Shown: one piece after another, positions 1-13,587 of the stretch
Position numbering within the stretch: the first letter of the stretch is position 1
Layout of the letters: the number at the start of each line of letters is the position of its first letter
Source: Lingula anatina
Taxonomy: Eukaryota; Animalia; Brachiopoda
Reading direction: 5' to 3'
DNA length: 64,000 bases
NCBI GenBank assembly: GCA_051362555.1
Contig: CM120643.1
Coordinates: 17,178,848-17,242,847 of the forward strand
The notes under the pieces: model-generated
The model's input: the letters and a program-made list of their open reading frames with translations, nothing else
What the model was told of the DNA's origin: nothing
The model's database searches: none
Program-made: the position numbers and the translations under genes

Positions 1-267
1 ATTGATTTTATTTCAGGAAACTGGACGAAAGGATGCCACTTTAGATTCGCGTCAGGCATAACGAAAATTGTCCTTGTTTATTGTATAACCTAACTTGTGA
101 ATGGTAGTCCTTGGAAGTAAAGTCCGGGGTCCCATATGATTAGCACAAGCTGGAGTATCGGTGTCAGTTTATGGGGCAAATGTCACCTCTATTAAGTCAT
201 CTTTTGGAGAACGGACTAGGGTTCCTAGCGGACTACGTACCATTCCTGTCACGCTGAGTATGAAGCT

Positions 268-502
268 TTAAGGCTTATTCCCAATAAAACTGTCAGTCTA
301 CGTACAGTGTATTATCTAACTCCGCGGGCACTCTCGCTGAATGCAATTAGATTAAAAGATTAAAGCGCCTCCCCTTGTTTCAACGTACTTGCATAATACA
401 AGCATGCTTGTTAATCTTTTAATCTGACTGCATTCAGCGAGAGTCCCCGCGGAGTTGGAACGATCTATTCAAACCTCTAATTTGATTGGGAATGAGCCCT
501 AA
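268..502. mobile_element. Fold-back MITE-like element with nested inverted repeats
   Basis: Outer IR ttaaggcttattccca (~268) / tgggaatgagccctaa (~502). Inner ~46-bp arms aactccgcgggcactctcgctgaatgca... (318) / ...tgcattcagcgagagtccccgcggagtt (456). A degenerate right half recurs at ~48310-48395. Confidence 0.55.
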
Positions 503-1415
503 GACCACTTACATCATCTTTTCGGTCTTGATTGAAACACAAGGGACTCATATCGAATACAAATCTCTTTGTTATCATTTTATGATTATTGTGGGGACTA
601 AACGGGACTACCTTATACAGTCTAAATGGCAATTGTTAAAAAAGAGTGAGATTGAAATCATCGAGCCGACTTTGCGTGGCTGACTGTCTGAGTTTAGAAA
701 GCACACGCGTGCCTTTTGAACACGCATCACTTGATTAGAAAATATAACTTATCCGCGGTACTAGATGGCTGACTACTTATGGTTGAGTACTTTGGGATAA
801 GGAAGTTCGGAGCGAAGTGGCGCCTCCTAACATCCTAGTTGTCTCATTTGGCCCTTCCTTCGGGCTAATGCAATCCTCGTCTGAACAATTTTTTACTTCT
901 TCCTATTATTTTACCCTGCCCAACCTCTACGGTTAAAACGTACGGGTAACCAAGCCGTCTTCCAAACTGACCAGGCGTTCGTCCATACATTGCATTTCTC
1001 TCCCCTATTGATCAACGCAGTATTCTTGAGGGGCCCAGAATTCAAATCTGTGGGGATGGCTGGCACGTTTATATAGCTAAAAATCTTTATCTTAGCTGAA
1101 TGTTTAACTCACTTGGGGAGTTCAAAAATGCATCTTTTTCGCGGAGTTGTTTATTTTGTCTGATTCTGAGATCGGATTGGAATGGGCACAGAGCGTGTTA
1201 TCGGACGGCCAAGTAACGAAGAGACCCAATTGTACCTAAAGCCTTTTCATTTCTAGGGAAAATGCATAGTTGCATATTTTCTCCTTTAAATTAGGCCTAT
1301 ATTTTTGCAAGAAAACCGATCGACCTTAACCGCCTAAAATTAAATTAGTAACAGTTATATAGATAATTTGTGTAAATTTGTGTTTTAACATTATTATAGT
1401 CAGCACGGGTCTTTC

Positions 1416-1416
1416 T

Positions 1417-1467
<51 letters not shown>

Positions 1468-1478
1468 GCACACACACA

Positions 1479-1563
<85 letters not shown>
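1416..1563. repeat. Compound (CT)n/(CA)n microsatellite
   Basis: Directly visible alternating CT and CA tracts. Confidence 0.95.
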
Positions 1564-1566
<3 letters not shown>

Positions 1567-4500
1567 TGCGTCCACGCACAAACATACAGTCTCACACACT
1601 GTCAATTCACATACGTATCAAAGGTCTGTTTTATCCTTCCTATCTGTAGTTTAACGCTTATGATAGAAACATCAATCAAATCATAATGTATGGGTTCTCT
1701 CTACTCAGCTCGGTGCAAGGAACACATCCATTTATCTATCTAAATTTTAAATATAAGGTAATCGACTAATTATAGTTATGTTCCTGTCTAGGGAATGCAA
1801 CTATTACAATTAAGATATGGAGAAGCTGGAGCGGATTGCAATTACAACAAATCATGTCAATCTTCAGTGGTGCAGATGTGAGAAATATCTCAGATACAAT
1901 GTATAAGGATGGTTTGGAGAGGTTCCTCCGTTGAGTGATAAGATAAAAGTCTAGCAAGATGAAAGATAAGAAATAGGTTTCACGTTTTTTACAAGGCAAT
2001 TACGAATGAAATACAATGCTGACAAAAACAGCCAACCATTTATTGTACTGAAAGATTCCATTATTGCGAATTCAACAGATTAGAATATGTAGATGGATAC
2101 AATTTTGATAATGAAATTCAAGAATGATTGTATTAACGGATCTCCCGGGTTTTGGTATTGGCTTTGGAATCCAGGTCTTTGGAACCAGATCTTCATTATC
2201 AATACAAACTCCGATTTGGCTTTAGATATAATCTATCAAAATGCTCCAGAAACGTGCGCTCTTTTTGCAAAAGAATGCAGAAGACACACTCAAAATCGTT
2301 CCTTTAAGTTGAGGAAATGTTAACCAACGAGAGACGAATGGTTTTGACACCACCAGTCATGCCACTATCGATGTTGTTGGATGTCAAGAAATTAGAAGCT
2401 GGGTTGCCGACCTTAGCTATAACAATTGATGTTGTTAGATCTGGGTATGTTTAGAGACCACATTATAGGTGCCGTAAGAGCCACCCTTATAGCAAAATGA
2501 AAAGTTTGCAGCAATATTGCAGCATAGGTGCTGCAAACTGAAAGTTTGAGGTAGCCAGTTTGCAGGAATTTGCAAGAAAAAATTATATTGCTGCTAATTT
2601 CCAGCAAATTTGCAAGTACATCTAAAGTTTGCAGTACGTTTGAAAGAAAGTATTCATGTTTTTGCAAATTTGCAGCAAATTTGCGAGAGCGTTTGCAGCA
2701 GGCCCGATATTTTGCTAAGGACAGTTACTCAGTGTAGCCGTCTCTGCCGCCGCTAACATTATCATCACTTTTAATGGACTTAAATTACGTAATTTCACAA
2801 AACGTCAGTTAACACATAATCATATAATTGCAGGTAGCACACATTTTTCGCTGTCACTTTTCATCAGTCAGTTCGTTATTCATACACATTAAGATGAAAT
2901 TAGCAAATTTTTGAGAAAGTTTTTTCTTTACTGAACGCAGCATCAATCTATATTAATACAGTACAGTATGTGCCTGGATGAGGATGCAGTCTGTGTATAT
3001 TACAGCAAACTTGCATTAAAAATCATGCAAAGTCTTAAAAGAGTTCCCAATCTAGCTTTCCCGTATTTTATGAGGCTAAACCTTATGTCCAAATACTTTA
3101 TAGTTTTGTGTAGAAATCGGTATATTGCCTATGGTCGGTTAAAGAAAAGACCCTTAGCCCGGAATAGGTATAAACTTATACACAAAACTAAGAGTCTACC
3201 GTACTTTAACCAAAGATAAATCAGTATTGGTCTGGAAAGACATGCCCAATGTTTCAGACTATTATACTACCGTCATTGAACGGACTACTTTGATTTACCG
3301 CAGACTGAAATAGACCAAATTCGGCCTAAAATTTAGATCGATTTTCAGCCTAACTTTTTTTGTGAAACTTGGTCCAGGTAGTCATCTTATGTAAATTTAG
3401 CTGACTTGCAGAACTTTGTTTTGTGAAGGATTCATTTAGAACAGCGCCCTGATGCTGTGGGCGTATTGCCCATTTCTGATATACATCGTATATGTGTCAC
3501 GATGTGCATGTGCCCTAGTGAAATGTATAGTGGCACAAATGAAACAGCTAGTGAATTGAAAATTCGTAGGTTTTTATTATATATGATCTTTGAAATGTGA
3601 TTGATTTTATTTAATGTTTTTGACTTTTGTTTCAGATAACATTTGGACATTCACGCAAAGGTATCAAACTGTACCACGTGACAAGGTGACAAAATGGCAG
3701 CGCTTCTGACCCCGAGATACCTTAGAAGATAAGATACAATCGCTTCTTCTTAGAACTGAAGAATAGAATAATTAAAAATCACCAAGGAGTGGCATCAAAA
3801 ATCATTATCTGGGTATCATTTTTCGTATTTCCTCGGTGTCATTAGCAATCAATTCAAGTGAGCATCCCTTTGATCGTGATAGAGACATCTTTCAAAGACT
3901 ACAGTGGAACTGATAAAAACTGGCCTTGTGGAATTGGCTCTTTTGAGCCGGTGAAACTGCCTTTGAACTTGTAACGAGTTAAACCCGTACGTCAAACGTC
4001 CTCTGTAATAGAAAATAAAAAAAAGGCACACAGCGATTGCGAATCTTCGAAGATTGGTTGCACGTTCTGTCGGCAGAACATAGGCCTACACCTAAGGTTG
4101 TATGTAACATTTGACCCCGCGTCGGCAATACAGAGGCAGACACCTTGTCTCTCTCATCATTCTCCATAGCGGAAACGTTACATAGACCATACTATTGGGC
4201 CATATACAACGTACTTTTGACGTTGACTTGATTATAGCATTTGAATGAATCAGGACTATACTGTCGGAAAACGGCTTTGATTCCAAATCAGAGAAACGAA
4301 AGCGATCAGTTTGATGCTGTCGTGTTGGCAATTACAGAAACCAGGGAGAAACGCAATATATTAATCACCATATTAGTCGTAAACAGGCTATCTGGTAGAA
4401 AGCTGAACAACACTCTGTAACACGGGACTAATAAACATTGAAACACAGTCTTTGCGTGAGATAGGATTGCATATACTGCGCAGGCACCATCTACAGCCAT

Positions 4501-4836
4501 TCAAAGGCCGTCCTGATTGTTCTCTTTGATGCTTAATAGGTAACAGTCCTTAAGTCTGGTAAAAGCGATATTCTCATACATTTATTACGATGTGAAGCAA
4601 TCGGATTCGCTAACAGCAGAATGAGGGTACTTTAAAGAACGCATATAAACTGACCGAAGTCAATAACCTTAACGTAAAAGAGAGGTATATTATAAAGTGC
4701 GCCAACAGACAGCAACCCAAGAATCATCACGCTGAATTGTGCGGGCAGGACGTACTCGAGTGCTGCGACGCATTTATTAAATACCTGTTGCTCTCGCGAG
4801 GCGGTGGACTGCGCGTCTAGAGAAGCACATTGCACG

Positions 4837-5949
4837 ATGTCTCTGGTCATAGAGGAAGAATTGGACAATCATACCCTGAACGGGAACGCAGGGAAATACA
4901 CAAACTTAACCGTTGAGGACTTTGGCGAGTACCATGCTGCACAGATCCTCTGGAAGATTTTCCCGCCGGGTCTGCTTATACTGGGGACAATAGGGAACGC
5001 GCTGTCCTTATGCGTCATGTCACGGCCGACCATGAGAGTAACGGCAATGGGACTCTACCTCGCTCTCCTTGCCACGTCCGATTTGGTCGTTAATTGGGTG
5101 GGCTTAACCCGCCATACTATTAAAGTTTACGAGAACATGGACATTCGTAAATTAGACGCAATTTTCTGTAAGATTCATCGATTTATACTGTACTGCAGTA
5201 TGGATTTCTCAGCGTGGATCCTGGTTGCTGTATCGGCGGAACGATTCATTGCGATATGTATGCCGACTCGCGCCAGGAGTTTCTGCACAGTACAGAGAGC
5301 ACAGAGGGTGGCGCTTTTATTGCTTTTCATATCATTCGGGCAAAATATCCACGTATTTTGGACTCGAGGGGCGCAGTACAAACAGGCAGGGAACGTCACA
5401 GAACTTGTCAGCCTGTGCGGCTACCCTTCCCCGGCCTTTGAGTACTTTTGGGGGTATGTTCTCCCGTGGATAATATTCGGGGTCTATGCTGGAGGTCCCT
5501 TCGTAACCATGCTTATTCTTAACATCTGCATCATACGGGGCCTGGCGCAAATGCACAACAGGCGCGTGGAAATGCGGCGAGGCAGCAGAGCCGACACCGC
5601 CAACAGCAAAAAAGAAAACGCCCGCGAGAAAGCCAGTCAAAAATACGTCCGGTCGATGACGATCATGTTGGTGTGCGTGTCGTTCTCTTTCCTCCTTCTC
5701 TCCCTCCCTGGCGTCTTGAACAGCATACTGGCCAAAGCCTGGTTGACCAGTGTGAATGACCCGCTGGACATTGCCCGCTACGACCTCGTGGAGGCCATAG
5801 TGATTATGATGAACTACGCGAACCATTCTATTAATTTCCTTCTCTATTGTCTGACTGGTAAACGGTTTAGACAAGAACTGAAAGAAATATTCTGCAGTGG
5901 CTTTGGGTATAAAGTTGTTAAAGATAACACTGTGATACTAGTGAAATAG
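4837..5949 (+). CDS. Intronless class A (rhodopsin-like) peptide-type GPCR, FMRFamide/sex-peptide receptor/GPR139-142-like group, ~370 aa
   Basis: 7 hydrophobic segments. TM1 GN, TM2 LATSD, TM3 C...SAWILVAVSAERF, TM6 FLLLSLP, TM7 NHSINFLLY, helix 8 KRFRQEL. N-terminal N-glycosylation sequons (NHT, NLT). First ATG at 4837 (the track start at 4804 is GTG). Confidence 0.92.
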   Translation: MSLVIEEELDNHTLNGNAGKYTNLTVEDFGEYHAAQILWKIFPPGLLILGTIGNALSLCVMSRPTMRVTAMGLYLALLATSDLVVNWVGLTRHTIKVYENMDIRKLDAIFCKIHRFILYCSMDFSAWILVAVSAERFIAICMPTRARSFCTVQRAQRVALLLLFISFGQNIHVFWTRGAQYKQAGNVTELVSLCGYPSPAFEYFWGYVLPWIIFGVYAGGPFVTMLILNICIIRGLAQMHNRRVEMRRGSRADTANSKKENAREKASQKYVRSMTIMLVCVSFSFLLLSLPGVLNSILAKAWLTSVNDPLDIARYDLVEAIVIMMNYANHSINFLLYCLTGKRFRQELKEIFCSGFGYKVVKDNTVILVK

Positions 5950-6440
5950 ACGCACTAGTATACATGATTTTGGACTCGAGAAGAGGAAAATAGAGGCATT
6001 CTAAAGGGAAAAAACGTGTTTGTTTTAAATTTCAAGGATTTATTTTCATAGCTAGGGATAAGGATATGTGTTCATTTCTTGTTTAAATTACCTTTTTGAG
6101 TTGCTTTATGACTAAATGCTTTTTTTTTATCAATATTTGTTTATGGACCAGCCACCAACCGAATTGCAATGGACGGTTTGCGCATTGTAACCCGTTAGCA
6201 TTTTTGTAAAATATTTTGGTAAGTGCTGAAATCAAGACTGGTGTAGTACAAATAACTTACTGTCTATTTTCAAATATGAATAAGGGCCAGCTATTTAATA
6301 AAATACGGCGAAATACTGGTAATGTAGTCAGATTATTTGTCTCCGTTCACTATGATAGATATTTTTCATCCTAGTTAGGCCTTTTTGGAATTATTCCTTA
6401 TAAGGGTACCCGGTCCTTGTTTTACATTATACGAGGAGAT

Positions 6441-6605
6441 GGTGTGACAGGGGAAGTAGTCCGCTAGGAACCACTGTCCACTCCCCATTACTTTGTACAG
6501 GCGACATTCGTCCCCTATACTAACCCTAAAACTCTAACCCGTACTAACCGTATAGGGCCACGGACTTTCATTCCTACAATGTAGGACTACCATTCCTGTC
6601 ACACC
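6441..6605. mobile_element. ~165-bp MITE, family A
   Basis: TIRs ggtgtgacagg..gtagtcc / ggactaccattcctgtcacacc. Related copies at ~98-254, 13430-13587 and ~17229-17413. Confidence 0.75.
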
Positions 6606-9600
6606 TGGGCCTGTTTCATAATAGAGCTTTAGTTAAAGTTAAATTGGTTTTAACTATCAGACCAAAACTTCAGTCTCCTTTTGACCCAACATAGAATAAT
6701 AATCGACTAAAGAAAAACGGTTTTAACAATTAAACTCGTATGATTATGTTCCAGGCCAATACTCACTTTACTTAGGTGGCCTACCAGGGATTCATTTTTG
6801 AAAAAGTGACCAGATTTTTTGCCTTAAAGTTTAGATCTTTAAGCTCGTTTGTTTATCAGCTCATACAAATTTGGGGGATTTTTTGCTGAAGTAAGGCCAA
6901 TTTTTCGGTGTCGGTCGTTTTCGTTGGTGCGTTCACTACGGCGGGGGTTCAAAGATCTCTGTAAGCTAATATAACGTCAACTTTCAGTCAGTGGAGACGC
7001 CAGAGGGGTTTTGATTGCTAAGATATGTTTATAGGAATATGTGAAATTCAGGGCGAAGGGAGGTCCTCCACGTAGCTAGAACTGCACCCTGGATAACCTG
7101 GATGCGCATGAAATGGGCATAGTTCCCGTCGGTAGACATTCCAAGTTTTTTTTTTTTTTTTTTTTTTTTTTTTGCGATGCTTCTCGTTTTGTTACTATTA
7201 GTGGCACTCCCAATAGGGGTCAAGCTCTAAATGTACAGGTAAAGGTCACAAGTCAATGCCGTTATTATTCTGTGCGAGACCTATAACATACAAGTATTTT
7301 GTTTCCGCCACCTCATTGCACCCAAGCATGACTCCCGTATTCGCGGTTCATTAGAACTGAACCCGAATGCCATCATTCGTAGATGTAAATGAAGCAGAAC
7401 CATCGTGGATGGTGCCAATAATATCGCTGCATGTCCTCTTTGTTAAACTGCTCCATCATTCTCATTACTGCTTGATTCCCCGTCCATTCAAGAATCCGGG
7501 ACCATGTTGTTTCTCAGTAGATCTGAGAAAGAGGAAAACTCACGCAAACACTCGATTGCAATACATCACTATAAAGACATAGTAGAATGTCCTGCCATTA
7601 CCTAGTAGGACGTCGTGCCATTATCTGCTGTCTGTTAAAAGAAACACGATCTACATATAAACATTGTTCAAAATTTTGTTTTTCTGTAAGTGCCGCTCTG
7701 TTCTGAAACGATTTCCTTTGATAAAACCCGTTTTGTTTTCGAGTTCTGATAGCTTTTTAGCCACACCAGTCCACGGACTTGGCTTAATCTTGTTGGTTAC
7801 AAACAAGAGTTTGCACAAAATGTCATCCAGATTCATTTGGTAAAATAATTGAAGTGTTCACTGAATTTGTTAACATCGAGTGTATCTTAATGGAGAGTAG
7901 CTTATTGAGAATTAATGGTGCAATGTTGCATTTGTCAGCTCTTTACACAGCAAAATATTGTAATAATAATAATCATAATAATCATTATTATCATTATAAT
8001 ACATTTATCGTTTCTTTACATATTGGCCAAATTAAAGCTAGAGATCTGGTTTGCATTACTTGGCCTGCTCAAAATGTACTGCAGATATGCAGTGCAGCAT
8101 TTTCTGTGCACCTGTGTGGCTTAATTTTATGATCACGCACTTTAATTTTATCACTGTCGTTAGAATTTCAACTCTCCGCATGAGGCTGCCAAACCAAACT
8201 CTACACTCGGCGTAGTGTGATGACCTTTGCAATACCTCATCTGTTACGGTCGCCTCTAAAAATATCTGTAGGTGGCATTTCATCTTTTTAACTGTGTTGA
8301 AATTTCGCCTGCGTTTGGACTTCCAATCAATACGGCCATTTTAAGACGCAGGAGGCAGATGGTTGGCGCAAAGTATTCCAGTTATGCAGATTTTGATAGC
8401 AGTTTCGAAGTTTTTCGACGGGGAGCATTTCCCACTAATGGCTCATTTTGGCTTAAACTTTTCCTCCGATTCAAAGCAATTTTTCAAAGCTTTTTTCCGA
8501 AATCATTTGTTTTTTGTTTCGTATGACCAAAAGTCATCGTAAAATAACGCCTTTAATCATTCACTGCACGTGCTCTCGAAATTTGCCGTTTTATGCAACT
8601 GAAGGCTGCATCACATTTTAAAAGTCATATCATCACGCTTATCACTCAAGACACCCGCATTCTGAAGATAAATAAAGTCTGACCGCTTTAATAATGTATT
8701 TAATGAAAGGTTCTATTATTTAGGGATAGCTAACGATGCCCTGTGCTCTACAAAAACATTTTTATCATTTTACTTTATTCCTTGGTGATTATTGAAAGCT
8801 TGGTTCACGGAAGAAATGGATTCTTGATATGTGCAGAAATGGTCATAATGACCATTTTGTGTGTTTCCAAACAATGGTGATGCTAAAGAAAAAAGTTACA
8901 ATTTATCCTAGCTGATTTGCTCTATCTCTGTGTTGCACACACGACTGGAGGAAAACGCCGAGATGCATTTCTATAACACGTGAAAACAACATATCGAATG
9001 CCAATAGTTCTTCTACTATCTCGTTCAGGTCGGTCGTCAATTTTGGAGCTTAACACATATATCTTATAAACATTTCTGGCATACCTTGTTAAATTGATAT
9101 GTCGAATAGACGCGCCAGAGTCTATAGTAACTATGTTGTATGTCCAGCCAAGTTGCGTCGAACGAATTCAAATTCGCTATTTAATTAAGCGAACGGTGTG
9201 GTTTTGGTAATTGCTCACAATAAGTCAATATTTTGGTCTGACATATTCATTGTTCATTATACAACTGCTACATTTAATGCACGTTCTTTGCTTTAGATGG
9301 TCTCTTAGAATTAGAAATTGTATTGACACGGTTATCTAAGAAGGTACAGTGTGTGTTTATGCCTGGTGTATATAATCTTTCCCAGCTCGGTGCGACGAAA
9401 CTGAGAGTCGATCCGAGTACATAAGATTCGTGTAGGTTAGGGTAAGCATGATGTAAGTGGGTCGACATCTATAACGAGGCTTACCCGCACATGTCACTGG
9501 AAACCAGAGCCTGTGTACAGGAGTTTTTCTGCCCACTGACACCGGGAACCAGCCTGTCTGTATACTGTCTCACAGTCATGCACGCATAGGTACTGACTCG

Positions 9601-12600
9601 CATTCACTAACGAATTATACGCAGTACTGAATGGTGCTAGTAATTAACGCACACAACTTATTGTATTTACCTGTAGGCCCGTGCCTGAATTAACATGTAC
9701 TCATAAGCACACACACATATAAACATGCCAGCTTATCACCTCCCACGCATTCATGCACTTTGTAGTGAGTTTCCTCAAGATCTGTGTCTCCATTTCATTT
9801 TAATTCATAATTGTTGATAATTTAAGAATATAACCAGAAATATAACTATTTCATGACAGGGTGCAAAAGAATTTCTTTCAAGCTAAATTGAAATCCAGGT
9901 TATATATATTTTCATCTTAAGCGGCTCGATAAAAGCTTCATCTACAAGTATATGAAAAAGATGGGTTAAGTCGAGGTCTAATGCCAAGCGTCGTAAAGAT
10001 AGTCTCCCAGCTAAAGCGATATCTTCTTACTCGCATGATCAATATGAGGCGAGTGATTTCAGTTTCTGTCAGACTTATTTAGGTATTAAATCTACCACGC
10101 GTTAATGAAGCTTCAATTGTACATGCAAGTCCGGCTGATTTAAGGACTCGTGGTTAAAGAAGCTCAGCCATCATTTGGGCCAGACAGCAAAGACCTGGAT
10201 GATCTGTTTGCTGAACCTTAAAAGACAGGGATTGTAGTCACAAATAAGAACCTTAGCCACAGTCTTGGAGATTTATACCATCGACTTCGCAACACTTGAT
10301 TCATAGACGCTGGTTTCCTTAATGTGATTCATTTATCATAGATTTAATCTTGAGCCCGTTTACAACTTGTTATTTCGAGTGACTAATGGAACCAATTTGT
10401 GTCCCAGGGCTTTCGATCTTGAACAAGTGGCATATTCATATCTGTATGACTGCACTTCTATCAGCTGGCACGAAGATAAACGTACATATTTTGTAGAACG
10501 AGGTATTGGATTCACGAAACCCCAAACTTTTGACATAAATTTACATGCTAATTATTTCATTTTGTCAAACGAAAAAAGCTAATGTATGAGGATTTGTGCT
10601 GCAATATAATTCAACACTCACTTCGAAAAATGCAAAAGCAACATCTGACAACGTGCACGTGCGCGTGTAAAACAGTTTTCTATGTGTGCAAACGCTTAAC
10701 GTCCAATTGAATCGGAAACACTTCATAACGCTGAAAGCAAAGTCCCCTCCTTAATCGCAGTCTGAGTGGGTTAACACTTCGCAAAGTGCTCTCAAGCAAC
10801 TGAATTTTTTACAAAGCACTACAGAACACAAGAACGAAAACCTACCGTTTCACAGAGCGCCTGTTTATCTAATTCAATTCTTGTCTATAAAAGACGTAAC
10901 AACAGAAACTTAATGTTAAAAAATAAACCTACTAAGTGCAAAGCAATCTTCCTAATGTGAGTTCCATTCCATTAACTCTGGAGGACTGACTGAAGAAATG
11001 TCCGTCGCATGTGTGTCACAATTAAAATAATATCTTCGCTACGGTTTGAAGTCGTGAGACAGAAGGTTTCAATTTGATAAGAAAAGCGCTCTTTGTGATC
11101 TTGAATGCAAAGAGAAGCCATTATAGGTATTAGTATCTGCTCCCATTATACTTATTGGGTATCTTTAGACATCTAAAACCGAAGTCAAGTGTTGTTTAAC
11201 ATAAGGATAAGTGATTGCTAGAGCACGACAGGTATGTGGTAAAAAAACGTAACACGAGGTTTTGTAAACTTGGAATTTGTCCAGACCGATAATATGAAAA
11301 TGTCATAGATTGAAATTTATTCCCTTTGTCTGCACGAAGTCTTGGTCATCCATCATCATCAAGATTAACTGTATCCAGACGAAAACACAACATACTCTTC
11401 TTCATGGAGTGGTTAGATCGAGTGGGTTTTAACAGTCTTAAAAGGCTCATGCATGGCTATCATGAAGCCACACGCTTTGCATGATGGCAGCTTACCTAGT
11501 ATGTGGATCTTTTGTGTGGCACTTTACGTGCAACGTGTACATGCAGTACATACACAATATGTCAGAAGTCAGCCAGCGGTTGAAATTCTACAGATATCGT
11601 TTGGTCTTACATAGCAAAATAAATAAATAAATAAATTAGTAAAAAAAATAATATAACAATAATAAATAAATAATAAATAAAATATCTAAATAAATAAATA
11701 ATCTACAAATTTCAACCCTTTTTCAAAAATAAAAAAATGTTAACAAAATTAGGATTTATGAACCTGTTTTTGATATGTAGGTTTCTACTAGTTTCACCGC
11801 AGTCAAGAGATGTGGATCCGCGAGTTTAAATCGTAACGGTAAAAAGTAGACATTAGGAGATCGAAATCAGGTGAAAAGATCGTGATTTTATCAAAAGTTT
11901 TGAATAGGCTACACATTTTTAACAAAAGGGTATGTTGTCCCATTAGCCACAGATTCGCTACTTATAATATAAGGCATTTATCCCGTCATGTGTAGAACAT
12001 AGGACGTGACTAGCAGTTTTTCCACAGATTAAATATTCAGAGAAATTTAAATAAATAGGAAATAGTGTCAACAGAATTTAAAAAAAAAGAAACGACATGT
12101 CGTAAGCACCATTCTCCACTATCAAGGACTTGATTCAGCAGAGTTTTATCATATAACAATGACAAAGTTGACGTCATTCAAAATGTGGTATACATATTTG
12201 TTCCATTAGTGAATCGAAGTAACGCTTAGGCTGTACAACTGAAATGCATTTATACCCTCTCAGCTACTCTAGTGCTGACTCTGTCACACCTGGATCTTGT
12301 CTTGAGAAGCATCATCAACCATAATTATTCTATGAATCTATTCATAAAGTTTCAGTTTTGCAACGTACGAACCAATAAAAGTGATTTGAACTATAAGCAG
12401 TTAATCTCAAATTGCTTTCTAAGACAACATGATTCTGTGGATTCGCCTCTGGTGCTCGCTTCCTTTTTCTCTTCCCCTAGATCTCCCGCCATTTTTGAAC
12501 GACAGATGTCGCGTGGTATCACCACAGTATCACCAAAAGAGCATGATTTCATTGAACATACAGCAGGTCTTATCATTTTAGACTTTTGGATTCACATCTG

Positions 12601-13429
12601 GGTAACATTTCTGCAAATAACGTTGACATTTCCACTTGTAATCAAAGATGTGAATCATCGATTCATAAGCTGACATAGATATCGCTTAGATTTGATTCTC
12701 TGACAATAACTAGTATTATTTGTCGGAACATAAAACCGATGTCTTTGACCTTTCCAATTTATCTGTCATCGAGCATTGCAATTTCCGGGGTGCGTTCCGC
12801 GGTCTACAGTGCACGTGTAATGACCGTCTAAAGGGTAAAGGGGGTGTTATTTATTGTCATTTTGAAGAAACGGGATAGTGGCTTAAGAATGGGGTTCAAC
12901 AGACCAACTTACACCTTACTGAACTTCACTTGTCAAAGATCTCTGTTTGTACCTTGCATGCATGGTCATATGGGAATCAAAAGATTAGCATTGTTACACA
13001 TTAATCGGTTATATTTCCGCTAGGTTCTATGACAGAATTACGTTCGTGTTCGAGTCTTAGAGTGTTTGTTTATCTGCGTGTGCGGGCGCATGTGCTCTTA
13101 TGCATGCACGTATTGTATGTGCATGTAGTATTGCTTTGTTCAGGTTTTTCGGGGAGGGGTACGGGAAAGATTAGTTTCCAAAACCTATTGAGCAGAGGCC
13201 CTTACACGACGTCTCACCTAGTCAGCAGATTTAGGTCCACAGTGTGAACGTGCCTCCTTCTAATCTTAGCTTCAAAAGCACTTTCTCCGCCATCTCCCTC
13301 CGTCCAAATGCAACAATGGCGCGAGGCAAGACCAATCAGTTTTCCATCCCTGTGCTCTGTCTTTCGTCAAACTGATGAGATTTGCCGACGCGAAATGTTT
13401 GATCCATGTTTTAGCCAAAAAGTGGTCCT

Positions 13430-13587
13430 GTGTGACAGGAATGGTAGTCTGCTAGGGACCGTAATCCGTTTCCCCTTACTTCGTACAGGCGACATTCGTT
13501 CCGTTTACCAACCCCACTTATCCTAACCGTAACTAGTCATATGAGACCCCGGACTTCCATTCTTAGGACTGCCATTCCTGTCACACC
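13430..13587. mobile_element. MITE family A copy
   Basis: gtgtgacaggaatggtagtc ... ggactgccattcctgtcacacc; internal gtacaggcgacattcgt shared with the 6441 copy. Confidence 0.75.

Noticed and set aside
1378-1686. ORFs with SLSLSL/HTHTHT or ERERER
   Set aside because: Translations of microsatellites.
5175-5874. Overlapping and antisense ORFs inside the GPCRs (also 22378-22926)
   Set aside because: Shadows of GC-richer coding sequence with no independent motifs.
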